Part shown: positions 38,647 through 52,050 of the stretch, one piece after another
How the letters are laid out: each line of letters starts with the position of its first letter
Position numbering within the stretch: position 1 is the stretch's first letter
Assembly (NCBI GenBank): GCA_003971905.1
Contig: RSEE01000017.1
Span: 434,001-498,000, forward strand
DNA from: Moniliella sp. 'wahieum'
Taxonomy: Eukaryota
Reading direction: 5' to 3'
DNA: 64,000 nucleotides
The notes under the pieces: model-generated
The model's input: the letters and a program-made list of their open reading frames with translations, nothing else
What the model was told of the DNA's origin: nothing
Database searches by the model: none
Program-made: the position numbers and the translations under genes

Positions 38647-41638
38647 CGTGCGTGACTTAGCACAGGCGGTGGTTGGCGGTGGAGAGAAGAGTGTTGATTG
38701 GGTGGCCCGGGCTGGGCCGAGCGGACTGTCGCAGACCGAACGGCCTGGGCCGGGCGCAGGCTCTGTCCAGCTGGCCCAGACGCTTCCGCAGGCTGGTGCG
38801 CCTACCCTGCCCTGTCTGTCTACCCCGCAGTCCAACGCAGGTACCGGGAGACACCGGAACACTCAGGAGGCTGAGGCGCTGGCGGGCGCCCACGGCACAG
38901 GCCCACTATCGCGTGGCCCTCGCCTTGGCGCCCATTCCGCCCATCGCAGATGGGCAGTGTCCGATCCCCAGCCCTAATTCCTCCCGGTCGGTTGTCCTGC
39001 CGCCTCTTGCCGCGTGCGCAGACAAGCACTCACATCTCCACGGGTGGGCACTGAATTTGAAATTGACAGGAATCCTGATTAGTTATCCAGTTGCCGGTCA
39101 CAGGAACCCTAGTGTACATTACGCGATACCAGTTACGAGGTTGCTCTTATAGCTATCCATGATGCATGACCTCCTGTGACATGCATGACATGTGATACAC
39201 GGGGTCTCGGGTGTCGCTCGCATGTGCCACATGCCTCGCGATGATATCACAGCCCGACTGACGAATCGGGGACAGAGTATATTGGGTCCACTCTTCATAC
39301 ACACCACAAACGCCAGTTGTTTTTGGCCTTGCCACTAATGCTATTCCTCCTTTCTCTCTACAACTTCACTATACAGGTATGCACCCATGCCTTTACGGGA
39401 ACATCAGACTCTGTAGCCACCGGCGTCCCTCTCACCTTGGGGCTGTGTGAGAGGCCGAGGCCATGCGACAGAGGACCGAAACACATACAGAGGGATGTGG
39501 ATGAAAGTGATCCTGAACCGGGGGGGACCAAGGAGCCGCGGCTTAGTAGTTCAACAGAGACTATACTGATTCGTTAAAAGCCTTCCGGGAGTGTGAAGGC
39601 CAAAATCCGGAAAGCTTCCTTCGAAACAGACAAAGGAACGTTTATTCTTCTCATCGCCAACAGGCTGAGTTTTACCTACCTGTTCTCGATCTGGATGTGT
39701 ACCATCAGTAGTAGTTCGCCGCATCCACGAGGAGCCTGTTGTGTCTTGGAAACAAGGAGAAACGAGGGACTTCGGAGGAGCTCATACTGACTACTTTGAT
39801 CGATTCGATCTTCCCTCTTCCCCTGCGAACGGCTGAACAAAGAGAGAGACTGGCGAGGCAAAGAAGAAAATACGAAAAGGAACCTCGCCCCGCATCACAC
39901 AGAGTGTGTTTTGGGGCACATAGCGTGTGATGATTTTCTCCGGGAGCCCCCCGAGTTCAAAAGAGTTAGTCAACAAAAGCGGGGGTTGCTGGAAATGGCA
40001 ACGTCGAAGCACGAAGCTCAAGATTACGTCTGCCCCTGTCTCTCTTCATTGTGCGCATGTGCTAAGTGCGGTTACTAGTTACTAGTTTGTCCACAGCATT
40101 TTTGCACAGGCTATACTGCACAAACGTCAAGAACTACCACACGATTGCAGTGTTTATTTGGCCACGTCGGCGTACACCTGCTCTCGCTCCTACCTCTTCC
40201 CCCCCCCCTAGTCCACTCTCTGTCGTTCACCTCGTCTGCACCTCACCCTATAATGATACTACAGACGGACACATGAGGACGTCCACACTTCCAGAGCATT
40301 TTGCCTTCTCCAATTCGGGAGAGGATGCATAGCGGCCATAGAAACTCCGACGAAGAAGCACCACTACCGCGGAGACCCATCAATTGTCTTGGATTGAGTC
40401 GTCGTAGGCCGTGAATTGAGAGCAGCCTCTAACATATGTAGCCCGCCACAAGAAGCTCCCCGACACTAGCATTCTTCTCGATGTCAACTATGAAGCTTGA
40501 AGAGGGCCATATGCTTTCATCGATGGCCATGGCCAGAACCATCAGCAAATGAAACCCACGTACACCGACCGGGAAGCTGCAGCGCACTTCATCCGTTATC
40601 ACTACTACAGGCGATGAGAGGAAGGTGGGGTGGCGTTTCATGTTACGGTGCCAGGGGTGTTTGATCTCCCCCCCTAACAGAAGTTTCTCGAGGGAAAATG
40701 GAGAAGAAAAAGGTATGGAATGATTGGCGCGTTTTGCCCTGACCAAACTGCTCGCGACGTCTCCCCATGGGCTTCTCGGCCAAGCCTTCCCTCCTCCAGA
40801 GCAGAGATATGTCAGGAAAAGGGGGGTTCGGAGTCCCAAAGACGAATACAATTGCTCACGCCACTACGTGAGCGGAGCAGCAGGGATGGCAACCATACGC
40901 CGAGCAGTACCTGCAACGGCTAGCCGGCTTGAGGCCCGAGCGCCTGATCGACGATCAGCTGGTTCGGCAGCAGTGTTCTTGGCATCATATGCGCTATCCG
41001 AACTGGGTACTGGCGGCCGGGACGGTGTGTTGCCTTGTGTTGGTAACCGAGGAAGATGTAAAACATAGCCTAAGGAATGCCGGTGCCGGTGATCGCCCGA
41101 TCGATGATACAGAACAAGCAGACGAGCGCACCCCGGAAGTCCGGGGCGTGTGATGCGTGTGACGCGCGTGATGTGTGGGGGTGGCTGGGGGAGCTGTGGC
41201 GGCACTGGTGCGGCGACAGTGGGCGAAAGGCTGAGCCTCAGCGCCTCGTCTGAGGCCGGAGCGCCTCAGCAGGGCAGGCGGGGTGAGTTTGGCGATGCTC
41301 GGACCTGCTCGACCGCCAGGCGCCAGTGCCCTGGGATGCAGGATGCCGCGCGCGCCCACCGGCCACGGCGTATTTTGACCCAGACTGTGACAGGCCACTT
41401 GGTCGATGATCTGTGCCATGTGGCATGCGAACCCATCGGCCGCTGCGCAGTGCTTATTGACTAGCGCGGTAACTGAATAGCGCGGTAACTGAATACTACA
41501 GAGCATCATGCATCCATCACCGCCGGAGACACAACAGCGTAGGCTGGCTGCCACACCAACAAACCGCCGACGCGCCGGAAGGAGCCCTCGAGGCTGTGGA
41601 CCGGTGATCTCACCTGACTACCCCTGCCGCGCGAGAGA

Positions 41639-41645
41639 TATATAA
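41639..41645 (+). promoter_or_regulatory. TATA box of the secreted-protein gene
   Basis: TATATAA about 80 bp upstream of the ATG at 41724, followed by a CT-rich leader. Confidence 0.6.
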
Positions 41646-41723
41646 GCCAACCCAAGTACCTTCATTCCCTGCTCTTTGCTCTCCATCTCACCCACAAGAC
41701 CTCTCTCTCCCACCTCTGCACCT

Positions 41724-42438
41724 ATGAAATCCACTGCCTCTGCCACCGCCCTCGTGCTGCTTGCCGCTGCCTCCGCCAGCAGCATGGTGCTTGCCGCACC
41801 TGCAGCAAACACCTTTACCTGCACCACCCAGAAGAGAGCGCCCCTGATCCTCTTCCCCACTGGCGACGAGTACAGCACGACCGACCCCCAGGTGCATGTC
41901 CACATCCATAACGGCAAGCTCTCCGCCAACGCCGCCCTCACCTCCAGCGTTTCGTTCATCTTTGAAAAGTGCCCCGAGTCGCATTACATGGGCTTTAGTG
42001 ACGACTTTAGCCGCAACGCCGGTGGCAGCATGGGCGCTCCTCTTGAAAACTGGGGGTACGTTTGGGGCATGCATGGAATCAGCGAGGGAACATGGGTTTT
42101 TGACTGACTTTTTCCTTTTTCCCCCAGACACCTCAAGCACAGTGGTACAGGCCACTGTCTTCAACACAACGACGATGACAGCTTCTCGCCTGTCGAGTGC
42201 TCTTACAGTGACGACTCGTCCCAGTTGCCCATTTGGTTCCGCTTCCAAGAGGGCGAAACCGAGGGCGTAGACTACTTCCCCTTGCGCAACACATCGAAAT
42301 TGCACTACGATGGCGACACTCCATACGCGTGGGTTGACCCTAAGCACAACAACACTGGCGTCGTACGCGTCGAGCCCATGCCCGCAAACCCCCCCTGACA
42401 ACTTACCGGCCCTGTCGGTGGGCACTCCTACCGACTAA
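41724..42438 (+). CDS. Small secreted protein with signal peptide and 4 Cys (~210 aa), unknown function
   Basis: MKSTASATALVLLAAASASSMVLAAP signal peptide, intron ~42056-42128 (GTACGT...CTGAC...CCCAG), exon 2 HLKHSGTGHCLQ...ECSYSDDSSQLPIWF...ALSVGTPTD*, with one indel near 42290. Confidence 0.8.
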
Positions 42439-42881
42439 TTTGTGCTCTCTGAACTGCGGCGTGAGCGTTCAAACTCGCTGACGAAGGCCTTTTTTGCGCG
42501 TCCCACCGTTTGCCATCTCGGTCGCTTTTCGTGAACGATCCCTCCTTTTATCTTCGCATACAAACCTCTCTCTCCTTTTTTTAGCCTCTATGTGTCGTTC
42601 AGTACTGGAGAGAGCGATGACTACTTTTTTGCTCCTCTCCTTGATCCACAGTTGTGACCTTTTTGCGACAGACGTTCACTTTACTTTCATTCAGTTTGTG
42701 GCATATGTGTCGCGGTATATAGTGGTGAATCGCCCTCTGTTTGTAGTTAAAGACCGGACAGATCTGTTGTGACCAACTGCATCGCACTGGGCACTCGAGG
42801 CGCGTAAATGGAAAGAAAGGTGAGAAAAAGGGAATGTAGGGACGAGAATGGTATTGTTGGAAACTAAAAACGTGACGCGGA

Positions 42882-44417
42882 CTAGAGGTCGGGGTACACG
42901 CCTTGGTCCTTGCGGCTTTTGGTCATGGCCGCAATGATAGCCGAGCCCACTCCGGATCCATCCTCCGCCGCCTGGCATAAAGTGATTTTGGAGCCTTTTT
43001 CTTCCCCCAAAATATCGATGAGGCCTTGAGAAATGCGGTTGGGGAAATCGGGGTACTTGGTGAACAAGCTGCCGTCCGCGCCTACGCCACATCCTTCTTC
43101 CTCATACCCCATCTTGGTTACCAAAGCGGCAATGCCACATGCCGACAGGCGCGCCGACCTGGTCGAGATGAGGGTGGCCAGGCTGCGGAAGAACTGGCGT
43201 TCAGCCAGGGTGGTTTCAAGGCCGAAAAAGTGAATGAAAAGGCCGGTGATGGTGAGCAACTCGGGGGGGGGTCGCCTCCATGAGGGAAAGGAAAGGAGTG
43301 TTAAACTCAAAGGACGATTCGATCTTGTACGTATTCTGGCCTACAAACAGCTTGCCATCATCCACCATCTCCACCATGCAGAGGCGGAAAATTTCGCCGA
43401 GGTACAAGCCCGAAATCATCTTCTCGTACACTTGTTGCGTTGGTTTGTTGGACGTCAGGTCAATCTCCACGTCGTACTTGGTGCGGGCAAGAACTTGGGT
43501 TCGTACAGTCAAAGGCACCGTACTCGCAGTTGATCGCCATATCATCCGTTACATTCACCTCGGGATGGTCCTTGGTGAACTTGGGAATTGTCCCGCACAT
43601 GCTCCATATACGCTGCGTTCACCCCCGTACACAAGATGCAAGCGATCTTCACCTTTGGATCAACATAGTGCGAGGCCATGAGTGTACCCGTTGTGTCATT
43701 GATGAGCGAGGTAAGACGGATGGGAATGTTGTACTTGGCGAGGGAGGCAGAGAACATGGCTGCCACATCATGGTTTTCCGTATTAGGATTGCCGAATCCC
43801 TTGGTCCAGCGAACCAGCTCGCCATGATCGATCCGGCTCTGCTCCATAGGGTAGGAGAACGTGAAGCCAAGGGGGATGTGCTCCTCAATGTCAAGCGATC
43901 CATCCGGCTTGCGCGGGACGGACTCATCAACAAACGTGCCTAGACATTGGGCACAAAAGTCAAGAGCTCTGAACCTTCGCAGTGCTTTTGCTCTTCGGTG
44001 ATTTTGAACTTGGATTGGGTCAGGTGGAAGGTACGGTCGCCGTGAAGCTCAATGAGGCACACCCGCAGATTGGTTCCACCTAGATCAAGAGCCAGGTACT
44101 TTCCCGTTTCGTGACCCGAGGGAAACCCAAAGACGTACGTCGCAAACATACGCACAGTCTGTTCATGCTTGTCGAGCCCGTTCTGCAAGACTTGAACAAA
44201 GTTGTGAGTAATCTCCTGCAGTTGTTCGGGCGAGACGGTGAAGAGAGCAGTGTATTTGGCCAGCATTTTGTTGAGTTCAGCCTGCCGCATTTCAGGCATC
44301 TTGCCATCGCTGCTGCTCCCACGGCGGAAGGTTACCTGTGGGCCAAGACAGGGGGTGCAGCGTTCACCTGGTCAGTTTGACTGTGGCCAGAAGAACGAAA
44401 CACACAGGCACGTACAT
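42882..44417 (-). CDS. HXK: Hexokinase
   Basis: YLALDLGGTNLRV, PLGFTFSYP, WTKGF, INDTTGT, EKMISGLYLGEI, DGSGVGSA. Start ATG at 44417 followed by a GTACGT...CACAG intron. Confidence 0.95.
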
Positions 44418-45728
44418 GGTCAAAGCTGGGCGCTCCGCTCCGCGAGAAGCGGCGTCGTGCACGATACATGGGTGCGGTCGGGTGCACTTCCTTGGCGAAG
44501 GTGGTGGCAAGGTGTGGAAAGGGCACAAGGTGAGATGGCAATGAATGGTCAGGCCCAGGAGCATGGCTCGTGCCCGTACGTACATACAGCGTGGGTCTGT
44601 GGTGTGAAATTCACTTAATTAACGTTCAGCATGCAACGTACGGATCCCCGCACAATTCCCACAACCACACCCGACCGCCAAAACGATTCAGGGGGTCGCA
44701 TGTGCCGCGCTCAGGCTGAGCGCTACTGGTAGGCGCCGACCACTTGTGTTCCGCTCCAGCCCACCCCCCTTACCGGATTTCCACAGCGTCCCTGGCCACC
44801 TGCTCGGGAGCCAAAATGGAGCCATACGTGTCGGGCATCATCATTTGTGCCGCAGCTACCGAGTATATCACGACTAAGATGGTGGTTGTGTATAATAGGT
44901 GATCCTATAGCCCTGTTAGGCTTTAGTAATAGGCCTTAGGCCTTTTAAATTTTATAGGGCTCTATCTATATGTAGTTTTATTGATGATGACTAGATTTCC
45001 ATGGCTGGTGGGAGTACTTGGGTGGCCGGTGAGGTGGGCTGGCGAGGTACTTAGCTTGGCGCTCACAGCTCACGGGTTTGTTACCAGAGGTGGTGGCTGA
45101 TGTCAAGTTCACAGGCGGGTTTGTCAAGGTCATAAGGACGGCTCGAAGGGTTATTAAAAGCCGGTTATTAGCGAGGCCGCTCGGCTGAGCCGCTGAGCCT
45201 CAGCGCTTAGGCTCACAGCAGGCTCAGCAGCTCAGCGCCTCAGCGCCCATCAGCGCTCAGTCCGATCATCGATCATCGCCGAGAGGTTAAAACTAAGGTA
45301 TTAGATGGGGATGCTTAACCGCAAAATATTAGTAGTTCACACCATTATCACCAAGAGGTCACTTCTTCGTACGCTGGATGCTTCCGACATAACTCCCCAG
45401 TCCCTCCATCCTCTCCATTACCACCACCTCACAGCAACCACACCACCACCACCACTACACCACTCTCTCCCTCGTCCTCACCTTCAACACAGCCCTGCTG
45501 TCAGCGTGTTGCCCTTATTAATATATTGGAGCGCCATCCAATCACCGCCATCGCTGCATGCTGCCATCCTCACCTTCATTCATTCATGCACACCTCCGAA
45601 CCCCGCCCCGCCCCTGCCGTAGGGTCGGGTACACCTGTGCCTCCGCGCGGTTATCGTGTCCCCGCCCCCGCCCATTGCGCCAAAATCGCCCAGCATACCT
45701 ACCCCTACGCTCCGCCACCCCTTCCCCC

Positions 45729-48700
45729 ATGCCCCATTTCAATCATTTCATGCTCAACCAACACCACCCAATTCCACGCTCATCCCAACAGCTTCACCCT
45801 CAAGCAAGCCCCCATTTCAATACCAGCCCCTCGGTCCTCTAGACACATATGCCCTTGATACCCAACCCGCTCCTGTCCTCCACCACGGTACGTATGTGTG
45901 CTCCTACAACTCTAGCATATAACCCCCCTTTTCCGCACCACTTTTACTGCAAGCTAACCCTCGGACCGTTTTCATAGCAAAATACCACCATACCCGCACC
46001 CGCACCGCCCATACCACCGAAGCCCCGAAACTCGTCCCACCTGATTCCAGCCCAGAGTCGAATTCCAAAAACTGCCTCTTCCCCATCCGCACTCTTCATA
46101 CCACACTTCGACTTGTCTAATACCACAAAACAGCAACCCCCAGCTTACTTCGGCGCTCTCCCAACGTATCCGGCGGTCCACTTCACATCTCGGTCTAAGG
46201 CTGGCCCCGCCCTGCCATCAGAGGCCGAGTGCAGTCTGCCTCTTGACGGCTATGCTGCTCGCCGTCATTGTGACCAAAATATACCTCCTGGAGTTGTTGT
46301 GCTGGAGCGGGACTCGTCCGGGCATTCTTCATTCCCTCACGCCACTCCCGCTGATGCAAACACTCAAACAGTATTGGAGCAGCAGCACCCGTTCAGCAAT
46401 CACGTTAGTCCCCCTTCACGGACTGAGCGGAAGATCCCTCCATCTCAAATGCGGGACGGGTCACGTTCAGTAATGCCCATCTTTTCACAGAAGCGCCGTT
46501 CAATCCCATGTGGTCTGCGGGTCCACGAGGCATCCGCCTCTCCACAGGAGCTAAGCCCGTCGGAAGCGATGTTGGAGGACGATTTCTTCTCCCCTTCATT
46601 CACGACAGTTTCAGAGGCTGCCATTACCGGCAATGGAAAAGTGACGGCTTCTTCGCCGTATTCTTTTTCTGAGAAGGAGGGAACACCTGCGTCTTCATAT
46701 TGCAACAGGCCATGTCATCTCCCACATGCTGCCCCATCGCCCGTTGCTTTTGATAACACAACGCATTCAGGGCTCGACACGCGAACCCTCTTCACTCCAA
46801 TCTCTACCAAAATACCCATTGTCTGTGGCGGAGAATCCCGTGAAGAAGCGCTGGAGGCTTCTCCATCGCTGGAAAGTCGTCGATTTTTCCAAAAGAAGCG
46901 CAATGCCCTTACACGTCTTCTGCATCATCGGTGACCTTATTGTCGCGCTCTGTCTTTAATGAGAGCAGAGGGGAATCCGATACCCGGCATTATCCCGAAC
47001 CTCAGTTGCAGTCCGAGCCACCAACCGATTCAGACAATGAAAATCTTGGTGAAACGGGGGTTTCTCATCGTACATCCTCAAGAATTCCAGTGCATGGGGA
47101 TACAGAAGAAGAACGGACAAGGGAAAATTCTGAGCACGACCTTGCTCCTCCTTGGAAAGAGCGTAATACCTCTCCCCTCCTCACATTGCAGCCTCGGTTT
47201 TCCGTTGCAAACAGAATATCTGATTCTCACTCTGGTTTTAGTCACTTCGCGCCGGAAAGCTTGGGATCCAGTCTGCCCGTTCACCCTTACATTGATGAAC
47301 CCAACTTGGGGGAAACCTACCTGGGCCAACCTGAACTGGATGACAGGAACTCCCCACTTTTCACCCCCCTACTGATACTAATAGCCTCTCAGGCGAAGGT
47401 GTTGCCGCAACCGTGACATCCATGGAGGCGACGTGGGATATTCTTGCCCGGATGGAGCCAGATCAACCAGGGGTGTTGATGGGCGAGTCATCAGAGAGGG
47501 AGGATGAGAACGGAGTACCTTTTAGGGTGCATGAACTCGATCTTCTTCCAGACTGTTTGGACGCTTCCCCTTCTCTGCAGCTTAAAGAGAACAAGAAGTT
47601 ATCTTTAGTGGCCTCAACGCGCACCCAGCAGCAAACGAGGTTCCGTACAAAGACGAGGGGGGAAGGATGAAAAAGCGTCCTTGTCTATCAGCAAAAGCTC
47701 AACAACCATCCCCATGGGCGCTGACACCACAGCTGTGGTTATACTTCCAAAAGCGAATGAGGCGCTGGTACCCCAAACAACCTTCTATCTCCCCCCTCCC
47801 CATACTCGTAGATGATGGGGTCATCTGGACTGAACATATGAGAATGTGGCGAAGGAAGAGGAAGGCGATGAAGCAGTCCCGCAATCACCGTTCTGGCGCC
47901 CCTGCGCTCAAAACGAACCCGGAACTGACAGGAGGGGCATGTGCGATTCTCCTGGCGCTTTCTTTGATTGCGCTGCCGGTGAGGAGAATCCCTCCTCTTC
48001 ATCTTCGAAAGGCTTCGATTTTGTGGGACGACTAATGATGGGTGAAGATCCTGCTATGCCAGACTATGAAGCGGCTCTTCATTCGCAACCTGCTTTGTCC
48101 TACAAAAAGGCCGTACAATCCAGAGGGATCGCATCGCAACCGGCCGGTAGTCAGCGAGAGAAGATACAGTGCCGCAACAAGCATTGCCAGATGCAGCCCA
48201 TCAAAGTGCAAACAAGGGACGGTGGACACTGCTGTGCGGCCGCCCAGTGTTCTAAAAGCGGGGACTCTGGTCTCAATGGATTCCGATCGTTTGAGCTTGA
48301 AGCACCCGCGCGAGTTACTGGCGCAGAGCAGCTCGGCCTTGCTTGACGGATCGGCGTCGGCGGCGACGACGATGGAAAACAGTCTCCCTCGAATGAACTT
48401 TTTTCTTGCTCATTCAACCTTTCGTCTTCTAAGATCGCCCTCACACGACGGACATCACCTATGGGGAGGGTCGAAAGCGAACTTATACCGAAAGGCTCGC
48501 CTGCAGCAGGATCGGGGTACGAGGTGAGTCTGAAGTAAGCGACGAAGGTACCGACGCGCCCATTTCTACCGAGGGGGTCACCAATTCAAGGATGACTATA
48601 CATCTGCAGAATCGAGCACATCCACTTCGTCATTATTATCATCACATCTCGGGAAGAAAGAATTATGGGCGGGTGAGGCGAAAGAGCGGTGGATGCATAA

Positions 48701-50980
48701 GGAAGGGGACGAAGAAAAGGATAATGTGCCATCGCTTCCTAAGACACTAGAACTGTTGAAAGTCCAACCGGATTATACCGAATTACTTTCCCCTCGTGAA
48801 AAAGAGCAGTCGATGGGATCGGATGAGGTCACTCATCTCCTCAATTCGATCTTGGAGGAGATGAATACCAGTGCTTCGGTGGCTGCCGTATGGAAGAAAC
48901 AACATCCCCTCGGGTCAACCAGCGAAGAATCATGCTTTTCTTTACCTGACTCAGTTTCTCACGGGAGCTTGCACATCCGTTGCAATGATCCAAGACAAAA
49001 CCAGTCGCCTTCCGTCGAGATTGAATTACCGTACGGCCCCGATCCATTCTTGGCCGTTTCTGAGGAACGAAGAGGAGAGTTGAGCATTGAGCACAGGGGA
49101 GCGGTGGGAAACAGACCTGCCACCCTTCATAAGGACACCTCCGCCTCACCAATCCCACCTTCCCTATCTCCCGGGATTGCTTATTCCACTGGGGTTTCAC
49201 TTGTGAAGGAGTCAGAGAGGGGCATGTGTTCTTCTTCAAACACGCAAGTGAGGGATGAGGAATCTTCCCTACCAGATTTGAACGTGGGTGCGAATCAGAA
49301 CGCTTGCGACCAACCTTCAGTTGGGTTAAGGCCAAACGCCTGGCGTACAACAGCATTGCTGGGTGATACCGTCTCTCAATCAAAGCAACCCGAACGTGCT
49401 TTTGGGAAAATAGAGGAGCCACCTCAGCCGAGTGGTCCCCAAAAAACTTCTCGCCTCAGCGCCAATGCTATCTTGGCCGTCCACTCATCCACCCCTCGGT
49501 CAAAGGTTGCGTTGCCCATTACTTCTAGTGATGATTCTGGTTGGCCCGGGATTGTCCCGAAAACGTTGCCTCTTGTGTGCGGCAAGGATCAGCCTCTCCC
49601 GACTCGTACTATTATGGCTGCATCAATAAGACACGAAACCCGTGGTCCATCGCCAATGGTCATTCCCAAAGATTTTCATGTGCCACAGACGCCTCAGGCG
49701 CATTTGCACATGAAACTTCTTTTTGATCTCCAGTGCTCAACACCCTCACACCCAAAGCCGCATCCTACCCGAGGAGGTCGCTCGCAAGGTGCAGGCTGCC
49801 GCAGATGGGGCGCGGCCTATGGCAGGTTGGGGAAATGCAGTACAAGGGTGGGGCCAAGGGTTCGATCCAGTGGACTTGATGCAGCGTCTTGTGCCTGTGA
49901 TGCGTGCCCAAAACCAGGGAAAGTCCCTATCTAAAGCGGCGATGCGGCGGGAACCGAATGAGTCGAAACCTATGATTTCTTTTATCGGTACCCCGTTCAC
50001 TAACAAGTTCACCGGGTCAGGGCAGAGTCTGGCACCTTACGATGCCCCGATCCCACCCCCACTTCCCGTTGCCCCTCTTTCCCGCCCTTCTGGGATGGTG
50101 GGTCCGATGTTTCCCATGGGATCCCAAGCAATGCCTTTTGGGCAGATCGCTCCGGTCTCAGTTAACTCCGAAAAAAAGCGCCAGAGTCATTCAACGGGAA
50201 CCCGACGCAGCACGCTCGGCCGTATCAGTGCGGGTATACATTGTGACCAAGCAATGCTACGTCAACCTCTACATTTATCCCGAAACGATGAATGCGCGGG
50301 ACCTTACTGTGGCCGTTATGGCCAAAGGGGCTCATGCTGGAGTGGATGATAACCTATCTGGTGGATGGTGTATGTTTGATGTGAGCGCACAGTTAGGATT
50401 GGGTACGTTACACCTTGCGTCTCGCTTCTTAATTCTTACACCTACGCTTCTGGCATATGGACACAGAACGTCCACTCCGTGAGAACGAAAATGTGGGCCA
50501 TGTTCTTTGTTGCCGTGACAACTCCAAGTCAGACTACTTTTTCCTACGTCGGACGGAGCTGTCGTCGTACCTCACATGCGCTCAGCACCGGTTGAGGCAC
50601 CCACATTGGGGGCTGGGTTCTTATGCGCGATCAGAAGAACAAGTGGACGAAGCGCTGGCTTGAGCTTCGTGATCATGCTCTGTTCCATGCCAAGAACACG
50701 AGTGGCAAGGACGAGGTCCTAGTTGGTGGGCTGCGCGAGTGGGACGTCGAGGTAATCCATGCACCTTTAGCCACCACTCTCAAGTTACCCAAAGCCTACG
50801 GGTTTGCCGTACGTAGGCAAGCTTCGCCTCGGTCCGGCTCCGACATCCATCGTTCCGTCGTCGTGTTTTCTCTTGGACCCAGCAGCTCACCGAGATTGGG
50901 TCCGCTCCATTCTCCTGGCTCGTACCTACGTTCTTAAACAGGAATTCCCTGGTCTGTTCATGGTGGAGGGGCGACGTTAA
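45729..50980 (+). CDS. Large low-complexity protein with C-terminal RA-like plus PH domain
   Basis: About 4.5 kb of S/P/E-rich coding-like sequence broken by indels, then RVYIV...GGWCMFDVSAQLGL|ERPLRENE (intron ~50403-50467) and PH-like KNKWTKRWLELRDHALFHAK...PKAYGFAV...WVRSILLARTYVLKQEFP. Start and N-terminal exon structure uncertain (intron ~45888-45978). Confidence 0.65.
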
Positions 50981-51401
50981 AATACGTCTACATAAGCATG
51001 ACGCTTGTTGGTGCCTTTCAACCTCCGGCTTTTCCTCGAAAGGTCAGGACGGTGTTGAGTGTTCTTTTAAGAAGGTTCTTGTGTGCCTGGTTCAATATGT
51101 TTCTGAAGAGTATTCTTCCCTCTGGGTTCGTTCGCACGGTTTTGGCGTTTTGGTGGGTTAGACTGTAGAGGTTGATCCCCTTCACAGGCTCCTTCGCCAT
51201 ACTATAGACGAAAAATGTCTTTTCTATTTTCCTGATATAGCCTGATGCACACTCCCACATGTCTCATTATATCCACTCGCGCTACATTTGATTTTCAGGT
51301 CGAGGAGTGGGAGTGAGATGGTTTTCGACCTGACAGACAGAGGCTGGGCTAAGGTTTCTTCCTACTTGGAGTAAAAGCTATGGCTATACACCCCTTCATA
51401 A

Positions 51402-51496
51402 GCTTCAATGGGTTAGTGGTATACTACATCGTTGCCAGACTGGTCTCGTGCCTGTGAGACGTCGATGTGACAGGGGTTCGATTCCCCTTTGAAGCA
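51402..51496 (+). tRNA. tRNA-Gly(GCC) with 24-nt intron
   Basis: GCTTCAA/TTGAAGC acceptor, CATCG TT GCC A[GACTGGTCTCGTGCCTGTGAGACG]T CGATG, T arm AGGGG TTCGATT CCCCT, T6 terminator. Confidence 0.92.
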
Positions 51497-51559
51497 TCTT
51501 TTTTGCAAGCTCACTTGAAGCATAGGTCTTCCAGAGTCCTTCCAGCTTCAGCTGCAAAG

Positions 51560-52050
51560 GCTAAACTCCCTGTGGTTTCTTTTGCTGCAGTAGCTGCAAA
51601 TGGGAACACACGCGCTATGTGCCACCAGAGAGGACCAGCGAATGTGGGAAACTTTCATTGGACTGGAAATGCATATACCTTCAATGTATAGTAGTTTTTG
51701 CTTGATGAAAAGCGACGTGTTGGTACGGGTGCGTAAGACATCCAGTGCCCTTCGATATATTGACCTTTTGCATACCTTCGTTCCATGCTTTTGCAGAGAT
51801 TGCGCTCTTCTTTCCACCTAACACGCCCACCACAGGGCTTGAAGAGAAAAGCAATTTGAAGTAAACGATATATAGTGATAGAGGACTTCCGTTTGGACTA
51901 CGGGGGAAATACACACCACGACACGCCGGATTGGTGGTAGTATTACCATAAACTCTTTCTTACTATTGTCCTGCATCAGACCCAGCAGATGGATGCAACA
52001 TCGACATGCGTTATCGTCAACATGTTTAACGTGATGTGTGCCATCAACAA
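51560..52050 (+). mobile_element. Probable highly degraded reverse-transcriptase fragment of a DIRS/Ngaro-type retrotransposon
   Basis: Across frameshifts and stops: ...NGNTRAMCH..PANVGNF, MYSSF, RRVGTGA, (D)ISSALRYI, YSDRGLPFGLR. Order and spacing resemble the DIRS/Ngaro RT motifs. YxDD not clearly retained. Confidence 0.4.
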
